Counted from the first letter of the stretch, positions 16,054 to 26,474 are shown. The stretch: DNA of 64,000 nucleotides from Gammaproteobacteria bacterium (GCA_012728415.1 JAAYFD010000047.1:77562-141561), one strand, 5' to 3'. Translations and numbers: made by a program. The notes: generated from the sequence alone by a model not told the origin.

Positions 16054-16451
16054 TGGCACGGCAGAGAGCGCTCAAACCCTGTGCGGCTCCGGCATGCGCA
16101 ACCCTGGTGCGTGGCGGCACGTACTGCCAGAGACATCAGGAAGAGTACGATCAGCGCAGAAAGCAAGCCCTGAAGCGCACTCACGCAAAGTACAATGAGC
16201 GCAGGGCAGAGTCGGATAAGTTCTACGGCACCAGCAGATGGCGCAAGCTGTCGCTGTATTACCGCCGCCTGCACCCGCTGTGTGTTCGGTGTAGAGAGCT
16301 TGGCCGGGCAACTCCGGCTCAGGTGGTTGACCATATCAAGCCGCTCAAGACGCACCCTGAGCTCGCGACAGAGTGGGATAACCTTCGCTCCCTGTGCCAT
16401 GCATGTCACAACCAGATTGGCGAGAAGGTTGGTCTGGGCCCGGGAGTGTAG
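16053..16451 (+). CDS. HNH endonuclease (packaging-associated)
   Basis: ..VDHIKPLK..WDNLRSLCHACHN.. HNH motif. Sits immediately upstream of the terminase genes. GTG start. Confidence 0.85.
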   Translation: MARQRALKPCAAPACATLVRGGTYCQRHQEEYDQRRKQALKRTHAKYNERRAESDKFYGTSRWRKLSLYYRRLHPLCVRCRELGRATPAQVVDHIKPLKTHPELATEWDNLRSLCHACHNQIGEKVGLGPGV

Positions 16452-16560
16452 GGGGGTAACCCCTTGAAAACTCTAGGACTATTTGGCCCCGAACGACAGG
16501 GGGAACCACATTTTTACGCCCGCGAATTTAAAAGTTTAGCTGGAACTGCCGGGAGGTCCC

Positions 16561-17031
16561 ATGGCGATAGCACCAGGGCGCGGCAGAAAGCCGAAGCCGA
16601 CAGCGCAAAAGAAGCTGGCCGGCAACCCCGGCAAGCGCGAGCTGAATCATGCCGAGCCAGATTTCACCAAGGTTACGAACATTGATCCACCAGAGTGGAT
16701 GGAGTGTCGTGCGCAAGATATGTGGCGGCACCTGGTACCTGAGCTGCTAAAGGAAAAGGTGCTCTGCGTCACAGACCTGCACAATGTTGAGGCGTTTTGT
16801 GTTTCGTATGACAAGTGGCGGATGGCTGAAGAGGCGGTTCAAGAGCACGGGATTTTAATAACCACGGAATCCGGCGCGGTAATCAAAAACCCCGCCTTGA
16901 CTGCGGCCAATGAGGCGTTGCGTCAGATTGCATCGTTCGGCGCTCAGTTGGGCCTTGATCCAAGCTCGCGCAGCAGGATTATTGGCGGAGGCAAAAAAAA
17001 CAAAGACAACCCATTCGAAGGACTTTTATAA
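16561..17031 (+). CDS. Terminase small subunit, P27 family
   Basis: ..GRGRKPKPTAQKKLAGNPGKR..PPEWM.., ..NPALTAANEALRQIASFGAQLGLDPSSRSRI.. are typical of P27-family TerS. Confidence 0.85.
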   Translation: MAIAPGRGRKPKPTAQKKLAGNPGKRELNHAEPDFTKVTNIDPPEWMECRAQDMWRHLVPELLKEKVLCVTDLHNVEAFCVSYDKWRMAEEAVQEHGILITTESGAVIKNPALTAANEALRQIASFGAQLGLDPSSRSRIIGGGKKNKDNPFEGLL

Positions 17032-17046
17032 AATCTGGATGCGCAT

Positions 17047-18777
17047 ATGGCATTTGCTCATGAAAACGTCGATGTGGCGTCTCAGTGGGCAAAGGAAGTT
17101 TTGCAGGGAAAGCACCCTGCATGCCTGTATATCAAGCAGGCAGTCCAGCGCCACTTTGACGACCTAAAAAAATCGAAGCGGGATGACTTCCCGTATTACT
17201 TTTGCCCGGCGACTGCTGAGCGCAAATTAAAACTGATCCAGCTGCTGCCTCATACAAAAGGCGAGTGGGGCATGAAGCGTCTGCCGCTCACGCTGGAGCC
17301 ATGGCAGCTGTTCGGCCTGTCCAGCATGTTCGGCTGGCTGCGAAAAACTGACAATTACCGAAGGTTCCGGGAGGCGTACTGGGAGGTGCCGCGTAAAAAC
17401 GGTAAATCCGCTATCGCTGCCGGTGTCGGCATCGCCATGTTTGTTGCTGACGGAGAGTTCGGGGCGGAAATCTATTCTGGTGCGACCACAGAAAAGCAAG
17501 CGTGGGAGGTTTTCAGGCCTGCGCGGCTAATGGTTGATCGCAGTCCGCTGCTGAAGTCTGCGAAAGGGATCGAAGTCAACGCTTCGAACCTGAATATCCC
17601 TGCGGACGGCAGTCGATTTGAGCCGATAATCGGCAATCCTGGCGACGGCTCGTCGCCTAGCTGCGCGCTAATAGATGAGTATCACGAGCACGACAGTGCG
17701 GCGATGTATGAAACCATGCTAACGGGCATGGGAGCCAGGAAGCAGCCGCTGATGTTCATTATCACAACGGCAGGGTCGAACATCGAGGGGCCTTGTTACG
17801 ACAAGCGCCGGCAGTGCGTTGAAATGCTTGACGGGCAAGTTCCGGATGATGAGTTGTTCGCCTGGATCTGGACGATTGACGAGGGTGATGACTGGACTGA
17901 CCCGAGCGTACTGGCCAAGGCCAATCCGAACTTCAATGTCTCGGTTTATCGTGAGTATTTGGAAAGCCAGCAGGCTCGCGCTATACGCTCGGCGCGGTTC
18001 ACAAACACGTTCAAAACCAAGCACCTGAACGTATGGACCAGTGCGAAAGCTGGTTTTTTCAATATTCAGTCCTGGGAAGCATGTCGCGACACCAGTCTGA
18101 CATTGGAAATGTTCAGCGGTGAGCCTAGTTTTGCCGGACTCGACTGCGCAAGAAAGCTCGACATGAACTCGTTTGTTCGGATTTTTAAGCGCGATATTGA
18201 CGGAATTACGCATTACTACTGCGTCTCCCCTATGTTTTTTGTCCCGGAAGATGCGGTCTGGCATAACGACAACCAGCGTCTGGCGGAGAGGTTTCAGGCC
18301 TGGGTTAGTCAGGGCTACCTTTTCGATACAGCAGGTGCAGAAGTCGATTACCGGGAGATTCTAGAGGAAGTGCAGGCTGCACATGAGGAAAACCCCATTC
18401 TTCAGGCTGGAATTGACCCGTTCGGTGCGACCGCCCTGCAGCACGCCCTGGATGACGAAGGAATAACTCCGGTTGTCATCAATCAGAATTACACCAACAT
18501 GTCGCCCGCGATGATGGAGCTTGAAGCTGCTATCGAGTCAGGCAGGTTTCATCATGACGGCAACCCGATTATGACCTGGTGTATTTCCTGTGTCGTGGGC
18601 AAGTACTTGCCTGGTAATGACGATATTGTGCGACCGGTAAAGCAGGGCGCGGATAACAAAATTGACGGCGCGGTGGCGCTTTTGATGGCCATAGGGAGAG
18701 CCATGTCGGAGCGTGTCGATGATGGCGAGGACTTCATGGACGCGATACGAAACAGCCTGAACAGGAAAAAGACATGA
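17047..18777 (+). CDS. Terminase large subunit
   Basis: 576 aa. Walker A-like ..[13 protein letters not shown].., ..LIDEYHEH.. and a C-terminal nuclease region. Confidence 0.92.
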   Translation: MAFAHENVDVASQWAKEVLQGKHPACLYIKQAVQRHFDDLKKSKRDDFPYYFCPATAERKLKLIQLLPHTKGEWGMKRLPLTLEPWQLFGLSSMFGWLRKTDNYRRFREAYWEVPRKNGKSAIAAGVGIAMFVADGEFGAEIYSGATTEKQAWEVFRPARLMVDRSPLLKSAKGIEVNASNLNIPADGSRFEPIIGNPGDGSSPSCALIDEYHEHDSAAMYETMLTGMGARKQPLMFIITTAGSNIEGPCYDKRRQCVEMLDGQVPDDELFAWIWTIDEGDDWTDPSVLAKANPNFNVSVYREYLESQQARAIRSARFTNTFKTKHLNVWTSAKAGFFNIQSWEACRDTSLTLEMFSGEPSFAGLDCARKLDMNSFVRIFKRDIDGITHYYCVSPMFFVPEDAVWHNDNQRLAERFQAWVSQGYLFDTAGAEVDYREILEEVQAAHEENPILQAGIDPFGATALQHALDDEGITPVVINQNYTNMSPAMMELEAAIESGRFHHDGNPIMTWCISCVVGKYLPGNDDIVRPVKQGADNKIDGAVALLMAIGRAMSERVDDGEDFMDAIRNSLNRKKT

Positions 18778-18956
18778 ACACAGCTGTAATCGCATGCTTG
18801 CTGATGTACTGCATCGGCTTTGGCCTAATTGTGACTTCAATTTACATGCTGGTCGGCCAGCCGTGGGCTGTGCTGGCTGCGGGTATCGTGTTTGTCGGCG
18901 CGGCCTTCGACGCATCAAGAGGCTTGAAAGCGCCTGACAGTCGGGTAACGAAATGA
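18774..18956 (+). CDS. Small two-TM membrane protein
   Basis: 60-aa ORF, ATGA-coupled to both TerL and the portal gene. Confidence 0.5.
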   Translation: MNTAVIACLLMYCIGFGLIVTSIYMLVGQPWAVLAAGIVFVGAAFDASRGLKAPDSRVTK

Positions 18957-20203
18957 TTTTGCTCCCTTTTTCAGGTCATCGCGCAGCGAGTCCGAAAGCG
19001 TCGGGACGGAAATCGCCAACAGTAACTGTGTCTGGCCTTAGCGCTTCGGAGTTTTCTTCAGTTACTGCTGATGCCGCGCTCAGGGTGTCCGCTGTTTGGG
19101 CCTGTGTCCGGCTGATTGCAGAGACCGTAGCGACGCTACCCTTGTCGATCTATCAGCGACAGCCGGACGGCGGCCGAACTGCGGCAAAAGACATGGCCCT
19201 ACACGGGATTATCAGCAGCTCCCCGAACGATAACATGACGGCGGTAAGCTTCTGGGAGTCTGTTTACGCCAGCATGCTGTTGGCAGGGTCTGCCTATGTC
19301 GAGATTCATCGGCGCCCTGTTTTTGGAGTAGTGGCACTGGATATTTTGCTGCCGGCAACAGTGACTTTCTGTAAGCAGCAAAAGAAATGGCGCGTCACCA
19401 AAGACGGGCGTCAGCGCTGGATTGAGCGAAAAAACATGATGCATATTCCGGCGTTTTCGCTGGACGGCATCAATGGTCTTTCGCCGATACGGTACGGCGC
19501 CCAAGCTATCGGGTCCGCACTGGATGCAGATCGGGCGGCGCGGAGCTCATTTAACCGCGGCCTAGCCCCTGTAGTAGCGTTCTTGGTAAACAGAAAGCTC
19601 TCCAGAGACCAGCGTGAAGAGTTTCGTGAATATGTCGAGACAGAGCTGGTTGGTCCAATGAACGCGGGTCGCAGCCCTGTTCTTGAAGAGGGTGTGAGCA
19701 CCCAAAGCATCGGTATTGACCCGCGTGACGCTCAATTACTGGAGTCTCGCAGCTGGAGCGTTGAAGACGTCTGCAGAATATTCCGCGTACCGCCCTGGAT
19801 GGTCGGTCACACCGAAAAAAGCACCAGCTGGGGCAGCGGGATGGAAGAGCAAATGATCGGCTTCCTGACCTTTACCCTGATGCCCTGGATGCGCCGAGTA
19901 GAGCAGGCGATTAACAAGCATCTTCTGACGATAGAAGAGCGGCAAACATATTACGCAGAGTATTCCGTAGAGGGCTTGCTGAGGGCAGACAGCGCTGCCC
20001 GCGCTGAGTTTTACGCCAAGATGACCAGCAACGGCATCTACACGCGAGATGATTGCCGTGTTCGGGAAAACCTTCCCCGCAGAGGCGGCAACGCTGACGA
20101 ACTTACCGTAATGAGTAATTTGACAACCATCGACAGCCTGGGGGCTGACAGCCCTGAGCAGGCGGCCCGTGCCGCCCTGCGAAACTGGCTACAAGAGGAA
20201 TGA
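18953..20203 (+). CDS. Portal protein, HK97 family
   Basis: 416 aa with ..AVWACVRLIAETVATLPL.., ..GLSPIRYGAQAIG.., ..FRVPPWMVGH.. motifs. Confidence 0.9.
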   Translation: MILLPFSGHRAASPKASGRKSPTVTVSGLSASEFSSVTADAALRVSAVWACVRLIAETVATLPLSIYQRQPDGGRTAAKDMALHGIISSSPNDNMTAVSFWESVYASMLLAGSAYVEIHRRPVFGVVALDILLPATVTFCKQQKKWRVTKDGRQRWIERKNMMHIPAFSLDGINGLSPIRYGAQAIGSALDADRAARSSFNRGLAPVVAFLVNRKLSRDQREEFREYVETELVGPMNAGRSPVLEEGVSTQSIGIDPRDAQLLESRSWSVEDVCRIFRVPPWMVGHTEKSTSWGSGMEEQMIGFLTFTLMPWMRRVEQAINKHLLTIEERQTYYAEYSVEGLLRADSAARAEFYAKMTSNGIYTRDDCRVRENLPRRGGNADELTVMSNLTTIDSLGADSPEQAARAALRNWLQEE

Positions 20204-20207
20204 CCCC

Positions 20208-21044
20208 ATGCCCAAAGCATTTGAACTGAACCCGCGCGCTCTTGAGCTGTGGAATCCCAGCCTCGCCCCTATCGAAAAGGAGGGCGAGCACAGCATAACG
20301 CTGACAGGTATCGTCGGTGACGAGTGGCCGTATGACGAAAACGCCCGTCCACTTACCGTTGCGCGTGTCGATGCCGCCCTGCGCTCCATTGGTGATAACC
20401 CGGTAACTGTCTACATCAACAGCCCGGGCGGCTCGATGTTTGAAGGCATTGCAATTTATAACCGCCTAAGCCAGCACAAAGCAGGCGTGACAATCAAGGT
20501 GCTGGGTCTTGCCGGTTCGGCTGCCTCGGTGATTGCGATGGCTGGCCAGCGCCGTGAAATCGGCAAAACGGCATTCTTGTTCGTGCACAACAGCTGGACG
20601 ATTGCGGTCGGCAACCGTCACGAAATGCACCAGTGCGCCGCTGCCCTGACCGAGTTCGATCAAGCCATGTGCGATCTTTACATGGACACGTCCGGTCAAA
20701 CGCAAGAGCAGGTGACCGAATGGATGGATGGCGAAACTTACATGTCGGGCCGTACGGCAGTTGAGTCTGGGCTGATGACGCACTTGCTTGAAGATGACGA
20801 AATTACAACGAGCGTCAGCGGCAAAAGCGATCTGCCTGCAGCTCGCAAGATTGAAGCGGCCCTGATCCGTGCCGGATTGCCTCGCAGCGAGCGCCGCAAG
20901 TTGATAGCCGACTTCAAGGCCTCATTGGCGCCGATGACTCCGCCGACTCCGGAAGCTCTTGCGCCTGCTCTAAGCGCAGACGCTTTCAGCGAAGCAAGCG
21001 CAGAAATCGAAAACATCATGAGCTTTCTGCAAGACCAGAAATAG
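20208..21044 (+). CDS. Head maturation protease (ClpP/S14-like)
   Basis: ..VYINSPGGSMFEGIAIYNRL..GLAGSAASVIAMAG.. Confidence 0.85.
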   Translation: MPKAFELNPRALELWNPSLAPIEKEGEHSITLTGIVGDEWPYDENARPLTVARVDAALRSIGDNPVTVYINSPGGSMFEGIAIYNRLSQHKAGVTIKVLGLAGSAASVIAMAGQRREIGKTAFLFVHNSWTIAVGNRHEMHQCAAALTEFDQAMCDLYMDTSGQTQEQVTEWMDGETYMSGRTAVESGLMTHLLEDDEITTSVSGKSDLPAARKIEAALIRAGLPRSERRKLIADFKASLAPMTPPTPEALAPALSADAFSEASAEIENIMSFLQDQK

Positions 21045-21063
21045 CCCGAAAACCCAAATTCAC

Positions 21064-21087
21064 AACCGCCAGATGGCGGTTTTTTTA
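21064..21087 (+). terminator. Hairpin plus T-tract between the protease and capsid genes
   Basis: AACCGCC-AGAT-GGCGGTT followed by TTTTTT. Confidence 0.5.
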
Positions 21088-21212
21088 TGCCCAAAAACAA
21101 GCCCCGAACTACTGCAGTCCCGGGCGTGGCCACGCTTCGCGCTGTCCAGAACGGCAAGCTTCGCGCTGCCTGCGCAGTAACACCGCACACATGACATCAT
21201 CGGAGAATCACC

Positions 21213-22421
21213 ATGTCTGAAGACCTGAAGAAAATCGAAGAAACCCAAAAGCAAACCGTTGCTGCTTTAAAAGAAATCGGCGACAAACTCAAAGCGCAAG
21301 CAGAACAGTCCGAAAAGGAAATCAAACTGCATGCGAAAATGAGCGAAGAAACCAAAGCCAAGGTTGATGAGCTGCTGACCATTCAGGGCGAGCTCAAGGC
21401 CCGGCAGCAGGCGCTGGAACAGCAGCTTGTTGCTCAAGAAGGCTCCAAGTCCGGCCAAGAACAGCCTCAAACCGCCGGTCACCTGGTCGTAAGCTCTGAG
21501 CAAATGAGCGAAATGAGCTCATCCTTCAAGGGTACCGCCCGTATCGTGGTTCCGCGCGCCGCCATCACCAGCAGCGCTGATTCTGGTGGCGCGCTGGTTG
21601 CGCCCGACCGAGGCTACGGCATTCACGCCGCCCCTGAGCGACGCCTGACCATCCGTGATCTGATTGCCCCGGGCCGGACTGACAGTAACAGCTACGAGTT
21701 CGTGCAGGAGACCGGCTTTACCAACTCCGCCGCGCCGGTGGCTGAGGGTGCTGCCAAGCCATACTCTGAGCTGGAATTCGAGCTGAAGACGGCGCCTGTC
21801 CGCACTCTTGCTCACCTGTTCAAGGCTTCCCGTCAGATTCTTGATGACGCCCCAGCCCTGCAGAGCTTTATCGACGCGCGCGCATCCTACGGCCTGCGTC
21901 TGGCAGAAGAGCAGCAACTGCTGTACGGCAACGGCACCGGCGCAAACATCGGCGGCATTGTTGCCCTGGCAGAGGACTACTCAGCGCCGGGCGGCGTCAC
22001 TGTGACCGGCGAGCAGCAGATCGACCGCTTGCGTCTGGCTCTGTTGCAGGCTGAGCTGGCTGAGTTCCCGTCTGACGGTATCGTTCTGAACCCAATTGAC
22101 TGGGCACTGATCGAGCTGCTGAAAGATGAAAACGGCAACTACCTGATCGGCCAGCCTCAGGGTGACACACAGCCTCGCCTGTGGCGCCGCCCCGTCGTTG
22201 CAACTCAGTCCATGGTGCAGAATGACTTCCTGGTTGGTGCATTCGGCCTGGGTGCGCAGATTTTCGACCGCATGGATGTCGAGATTCTGATCTCCACCGA
22301 AAACGACAAAGACTTCGAAAACAACATGATCACTGTCCGCGCTGAACAGCGCCTGGCCTTGGCTGTGTACCGTCCGGAAGCCTTTGTTACTGGCAGCCTG
22401 ACCGATGCTGCTGGCGGCTAG
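21213..22421 (+). CDS. Major capsid protein, HK97 family
   Basis: 402 aa. An N-terminal coiled delta-like region is followed by ..PYSELEFELKTAPVRTLAHLFKASRQILDD.. and ..LNPIDWALIELLKD.. Confidence 0.9.
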   Translation: MSEDLKKIEETQKQTVAALKEIGDKLKAQAEQSEKEIKLHAKMSEETKAKVDELLTIQGELKARQQALEQQLVAQEGSKSGQEQPQTAGHLVVSSEQMSEMSSSFKGTARIVVPRAAITSSADSGGALVAPDRGYGIHAAPERRLTIRDLIAPGRTDSNSYEFVQETGFTNSAAPVAEGAAKPYSELEFELKTAPVRTLAHLFKASRQILDDAPALQSFIDARASYGLRLAEEQQLLYGNGTGANIGGIVALAEDYSAPGGVTVTGEQQIDRLRLALLQAELAEFPSDGIVLNPIDWALIELLKDENGNYLIGQPQGDTQPRLWRRPVVATQSMVQNDFLVGAFGLGAQIFDRMDVEILISTENDKDFENNMITVRAEQRLALAVYRPEAFVTGSLTDAAGG

Positions 22422-22472
22422 ACCGACTAACCAACCTGCGGCGGCCTTCGGGCCGCCTGCCTGGAGAGCGAA

Positions 22473-22841
22473 ATGAAAGAAGCATTGATTGCTCAAAAAC
22501 GTTTTTTGCATGACGCCGTCATTCTGGCCGTTGGCGCGCTGTTTTATGCGCACAAGTCAGTGGCTCGCGAGCTTATTGCGACAGGTCTTGCGCGCCAAGC
22601 AACGGCTGAAGAGCTGCAAGCAGCGCAAGGCATTGATGGCGAGCAGGGCAATGACGCAGACAGTGGTGACGCTGTAGATGGCGAGCCTGCTGCTGACGAA
22701 GTAGCGGAAAAAACGCCTGAGAACGAGCCAGCCAAAGAAAAGCAGGAGCAGAACAATGACGCAGACAGTGGTGACGCTGGAGCAAGTGAGGAATCAGCTG
22801 CGCCTGTGCCCAAGCGACGAGGCCGAAAATCAGCATCTTGA
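22473..22841 (+). CDS. Hypothetical acidic protein with an internal NDADSGDA duplication
   Basis: 122-aa ORF after the capsid gene. It overlaps the connector gene by 86 nt, so its extent is uncertain. Confidence 0.35.
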   Translation: MKEALIAQKRFLHDAVILAVGALFYAHKSVARELIATGLARQATAEELQAAQGIDGEQGNDADSGDAVDGEPAADEVAEKTPENEPAKEKQEQNNDADSGDAGASEESAAPVPKRRGRKSAS

Positions 22842-23076
22842 GCTGCTGATTAAAGCCGCTGTCTCACACGCCAGTCAGTACCTTGACCGGCCCATTCCTT
22901 GGACTAACAAGGACGGCGAGACCGTCCCTGTGCCGGAAGACGTTCAGTTGGCTATTTTGCTGATTATCGGTGATCTGTATGAAAACAGAGAGGGGCAGTT
23001 TGTCGGCATAGCGGTTAGCGAAAATCAAACCGTGCAAAACCTGCTGCACTTTCACCGCGTGGGGCTGGGCGTATGA
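22756..23076 (+). CDS. Head-tail connector (gp6-like)
   Basis: MTQTVVTLEQVRNQLRL..ENQHLELLIKAAVSHASQYL.. is typical of gp6-like connectors. Confidence 0.72.
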   Translation: MTQTVVTLEQVRNQLRLCPSDEAENQHLELLIKAAVSHASQYLDRPIPWTNKDGETVPVPEDVQLAILLIIGDLYENREGQFVGIAVSENQTVQNLLHFHRVGLGV

Positions 23077-23624
23077 GAGCTGGAAGGCTGCGCCATAAGG
23101 TGCAAATCGTCACTCTGGGTCATGACCTGCGCAAAACCTGTCACGGCACTATCTGGTGCGGCATCACCGCAAAGGATGGTGCTGCGCCACCAATGCCAGC
23201 AGGGCTGCGCACCGGTGCCAGGGTTGATGTTCGTGCTCGATACACTGATCGGCTGCAGCAAGGTGCGTACCTACTAACCGGTGACCGCATCCTGCACGTG
23301 ACCAGCGTGCGTGACGTGACTGGTAAGCGTGCCGGGCTGACTGCAAGCTGTGACGAGTTTGTCGGTCAGGCTGCGCTGTACCAGTCGCCCATGCGGGGTC
23401 AGATCAACTGCCGCGCCCACCTGACGCACGAGGCTCCGTTTCTGAACGATTTCGGCCAGATCACCGATTACCGTACTCGCGCCGAAGTGCTGGTGCTGGA
23501 GGTGGGCAGGCCCCAAGTCGATGACCGCATCACCATTGCTGGCACCACCTACATCGTCACGCAGTATGCAGGCGGCACCGATGACGGAGTAGTGCGCAGC
23601 CTATGGTTGCAGGCCATGGAGTAA
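23073..23624 (+). CDS. Head closure / head-tail joining protein
   Basis: MRAGRLRHKVQI.. N-terminus, typical of head-closure proteins. The C-terminal half may be a second joining domain. Confidence 0.6.
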   Translation: MRAGRLRHKVQIVTLGHDLRKTCHGTIWCGITAKDGAAPPMPAGLRTGARVDVRARYTDRLQQGAYLLTGDRILHVTSVRDVTGKRAGLTASCDEFVGQAALYQSPMRGQINCRAHLTHEAPFLNDFGQITDYRTRAEVLVLEVGRPQVDDRITIAGTTYIVTQYAGGTDDGVVRSLWLQAME

Positions 23625-23629
23625 CCGAC

Positions 23630-24190
23630 ATGCAAGTCAATGTGAAGCTGGAAGGTGTTGATGCGGCAAAACTCAAGCTAGCGCTGATGCGAAAGAGAAT
23701 CGACCCGGTGCTGCGTGGAGCGCTAAACACCACTGCAACAAAAACACGGACTGAGCGCTTCGTGAAGCCGCTGAACAAAACGCTGGCCGGCAAGCGGGTG
23801 CGTGCCGGCATGAAGGTTAAGCGTGCCCGCCGAGGGTTGATGAACTCAAGAATCATCCCGTCCAGCGCGGGCATCCCGGTTGTGATGTACAAGAACTGGG
23901 GCATGTCCGACCCGATCAGTCCTACCAGGGCGCGCATCTGGGTAGCCGGACCAAACGGACACAAGACAGCAGCGGGCTTTATAAACCCAGCATCTGCAAG
24001 AAAACTGCCACTGGCGACCAGAAGCCAGCGCGGCAAGTACCGGTACGACTACGAAAACCTTCAGCTGGCGCAGGGGCCAAGCCTGGCCTACTGGTTTAAA
24101 GGCCTTGCCGGGCCGTCAACGGCTGCATGGGCTGGCGAATTCCTCCGGAAAGAATTTGTGCGGCGAGCACAAAAGGAGCTCGACAAATGA
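23630..24190 (+). CDS. Tail completion / neck protein (gpZ or HK97 gp10-like by position)
   Basis: 186 aa. Position is between the head-closure and tail-terminator genes. Confidence 0.5.
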   Translation: MQVNVKLEGVDAAKLKLALMRKRIDPVLRGALNTTATKTRTERFVKPLNKTLAGKRVRAGMKVKRARRGLMNSRIIPSSAGIPVVMYKNWGMSDPISPTRARIWVAGPNGHKTAAGFINPASARKLPLATRSQRGKYRYDYENLQLAQGPSLAYWFKGLAGPSTAAWAGEFLRKEFVRRAQKELDK

Positions 24191-24621
24191 GCAAAGGCTC
24201 AGAACTTACCGACAGCCTTGTCGAATGCCTGGGGCGCATATCCACCGGCAACGGCTATGCCACCGACATTCAGGGCGGCTATGTGCATGCGGAAGCGGTG
24301 CCCGATGGTGCCCAGCTTCCTTGCGTGCTGATCAACATCGAGAGCGATGCAGTCACCGGCTCAGCCGGAGTGCAGGCCACTCGTGAGCGCACCTACAGCA
24401 TACAGGTCGCATTCAGGAGGGGCGCAACGGAGAAAGAGCTCAACGCAGCGGCCTGCGACATCTTGCGCGCAGTCGGCTTTGGTCGTCACGAGTACGAGCG
24501 CGAAATCAAAGGGCTGGTCACTGACGAGCAGGAAATCAACTACGACTTTGCCACCAACGGCAGTAGTTACACCACGGTCACCATGTTGGTGACGTTTGTA
24601 TATGTAGAAACCTACGCATAG
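24187..24621 (+). CDS. Tail terminator-like protein
   Basis: ATGA-coupled. 144 aa immediately before the major tail gene. Confidence 0.5.
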   Translation: MSKGSELTDSLVECLGRISTGNGYATDIQGGYVHAEAVPDGAQLPCVLINIESDAVTGSAGVQATRERTYSIQVAFRRGATEKELNAAACDILRAVGFGRHEYEREIKGLVTDEQEINYDFATNGSSYTTVTMLVTFVYVETYA

Positions 24622-24630
24622 GAGCCAATC

Positions 24631-25410
24631 ATGGCCGAACTCATGAAACACACCCAGCTTTTCCGGGGCCCCTGCCTGGTTGCAGATTGGCCGAGCCATA
24701 ACTACGAAGAGCTGTTCAAGCTGCAGGATGTGAGCGCAGAGCCGACCACCAACGAAATCACCATTGCCGACCCGACCCGTATCGGTCTGCCGCCACTGGA
24801 CACCGTTCAGACCGTCAGCCAGATCGACATCAATGGCGAGGCAGTGGATTTTTCCCCGCGTGCCGCAGCGGTCCTGATGTATGGCTCGGTGGCAGAAACC
24901 CCGTCCGGCAGCACAGTTGAAGAGCATGACGCATACATCGGTCGCGACATTGTGCTGTCGGAATTCCCGCTGGAAGTGGATACCGTGACGGACGAAGACG
25001 ATGTGGAGTACGAGCGCAACGTCGACTATGCGGTAACCCATGTGGGCCTGCGCATTCTTCCGGGCGGTGCGCTGGCAGCCAAGATTGCCGCGCAAACTTC
25101 GGTACCTGGTGAAATGAAAAAGACCGCCATCACGGTCGAGTACACCTACCCAGCCGCAGATGTGATCAAGCCGTTCATTGAAGGGCAAAAGCACTTCCGC
25201 GTCCTGTTTGGCCAGATCAACGAAGGTGGCAACAGCGAGCGCCGGCGCATCCGCTGCTTCTACTGCAAGATCAGCCTGAACGGTGGCCTGCCAATCAACC
25301 AGGGCACTGACTTCGGCACCGTGCCGGTCAAGATCACCCTGATGGGCGACCCGAACATTGTTGACGCTGGCGAAGCGTCCATGTGGGACTGGAAGGTCGA
25401 GCGCAAGTAA
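24631..25410 (+). CDS. Major tail (tube) protein
   Basis: 259 aa. Position is upstream of the chaperone and tape-measure genes. Confidence 0.6.
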   Translation: MAELMKHTQLFRGPCLVADWPSHNYEELFKLQDVSAEPTTNEITIADPTRIGLPPLDTVQTVSQIDINGEAVDFSPRAAAVLMYGSVAETPSGSTVEEHDAYIGRDIVLSEFPLEVDTVTDEDDVEYERNVDYAVTHVGLRILPGGALAAKIAAQTSVPGEMKKTAITVEYTYPAADVIKPFIEGQKHFRVLFGQINEGGNSERRRIRCFYCKISLNGGLPINQGTDFGTVPVKITLMGDPNIVDAGEASMWDWKVERK

Positions 25411-25443
25411 AGCGGGCTGAGCAGATGCCTAGTAGCTTCTGCA

Positions 25444-26364
25444 TTATTGCTCGCTGGCTGCCAATAGCTCCATTGCTCTTGGTAGCCGGTTGCGGATGTT
25501 TTTATCTGCAGATGTTCCGGTGAGCGGCTTTCTGGCACCTGATGCAACAAGCGGGTCAGCGTCATGCTTCCTGGCAAGTGCCAACCATGTCTGGGCAACT
25601 CTGATTTCGTGCTTATAGTTTTTGTCTTTGCGAGCAATGATGCAGGCACGAAGAAAGGGCGCGGGTGAGGGTGGTGATATATCGTTTAGGGAGTTTGTTT
25701 TGTACAAGTCCAGCTCGGCCTTGCAGCAAGCCAGCATTGCGCGGAAGTCTTGCGGGTGGCTTTCCAGCCATTCTTTGGTTGTTTTGCCATCATGTTTTGC
25801 AGTCAACAGAACGCGCCCATACCTGCCAGACGGCAACAGTTGGACGAGGCCTGCATCAGTGGCTTTGTGGTCAACGTATGAAGCGAAGTTCAGATATACG
25901 CCGGGCGGATTGCTGTAGACCACCTCTCGGACATTGCCCAAAACATAAAAAGCGGGATCATCAGCCAGCTCGGAATGGCGCTCGGCTACAGAGCGGCGCA
26001 GATATCCGATCTGAAAGCCGTGCACGTAAACCGCGATTGCATTTCGGTCATATGGGTTGTCTGGCTCGCGAACAAAATCGACGGTATCGCCAGGTCGCAC
26101 GCGAGCATGAATAAATGAACTGCGGGATTTTCCACCGGTATCAAAACTGGTGCCTGCAACCGCACAAACAAAACTGTCCAGTGCCTTGTCCCGCGGATGC
26201 GCTGAGCTTGGTGGTGCCACATGCTCAGCGAGATTGGCAGCAAGCGGCTTGCTTGGGAGGTCTGTAGATGCTCGAAAAATCAGGCGCAAAAGCGCAATAA
26301 ACGGGAGCGTGATCAGCGCTGCTATTCCGAGCAGCAGCTCAGTATCTTTGTGTTTCTTGGCCAT
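25444..26364 (-). CDS. Membrane-anchored HIRAN-domain protein with an unknown ~170-aa C-terminal domain
   Basis: N-terminal TM helix LLLGIAALITLPFIALLRLIF. HIRAN-like core ..VAGTSF..RPGDTVDFVREPDNPYDRNAIAVYVHGFQIGYL.. The ATG at 26364 has an AGGAA SD (the track start at 26391 is a TTG). It is the only reverse-strand gene inside the late operon. Confidence 0.75.
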   Translation of the reverse strand: MAKKHKDTELLLGIAALITLPFIALLRLIFRASTDLPSKPLAANLAEHVAPPSSAHPRDKALDSFVCAVAGTSFDTGGKSRSSFIHARVRPGDTVDFVREPDNPYDRNAIAVYVHGFQIGYLRRSVAERHSELADDPAFYVLGNVREVVYSNPPGVYLNFASYVDHKATDAGLVQLLPSGRYGRVLLTAKHDGKTTKEWLESHPQDFRAMLACCKAELDLYKTNSLNDISPPSPAPFLRACIIARKDKNYKHEIRVAQTWLALARKHDADPLVASGARKPLTGTSADKNIRNRLPRAMELLAASEQ

Positions 26365-26474
26365 GTAGTAATTCCTGACTGCCGCCTGCAAATGACCAGT
26401 CTTGCCCAGAAACCTCTTATCTTCCAGCTTATTGGGCTATAGTCTGCCTTTTAATCAAGTGCAGGGAGTAGCCC

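Noticed and set aside
16452-16560. Assigning a cos site in the HNH-TerS intergenic region
   Set aside because: The location is plausible for HK97-like cos phages. I could not identify a defined cohesive-end or terminase-binding repeat pattern from the sequence alone.
24361-25194. 277-codon minus-strand ORF opposite the tail terminator and major tail genes
   Set aside because: It lies entirely antisense to two well-placed late genes. Its composition (G/R/H/C-rich) is typical of GC-rich antisense frames.
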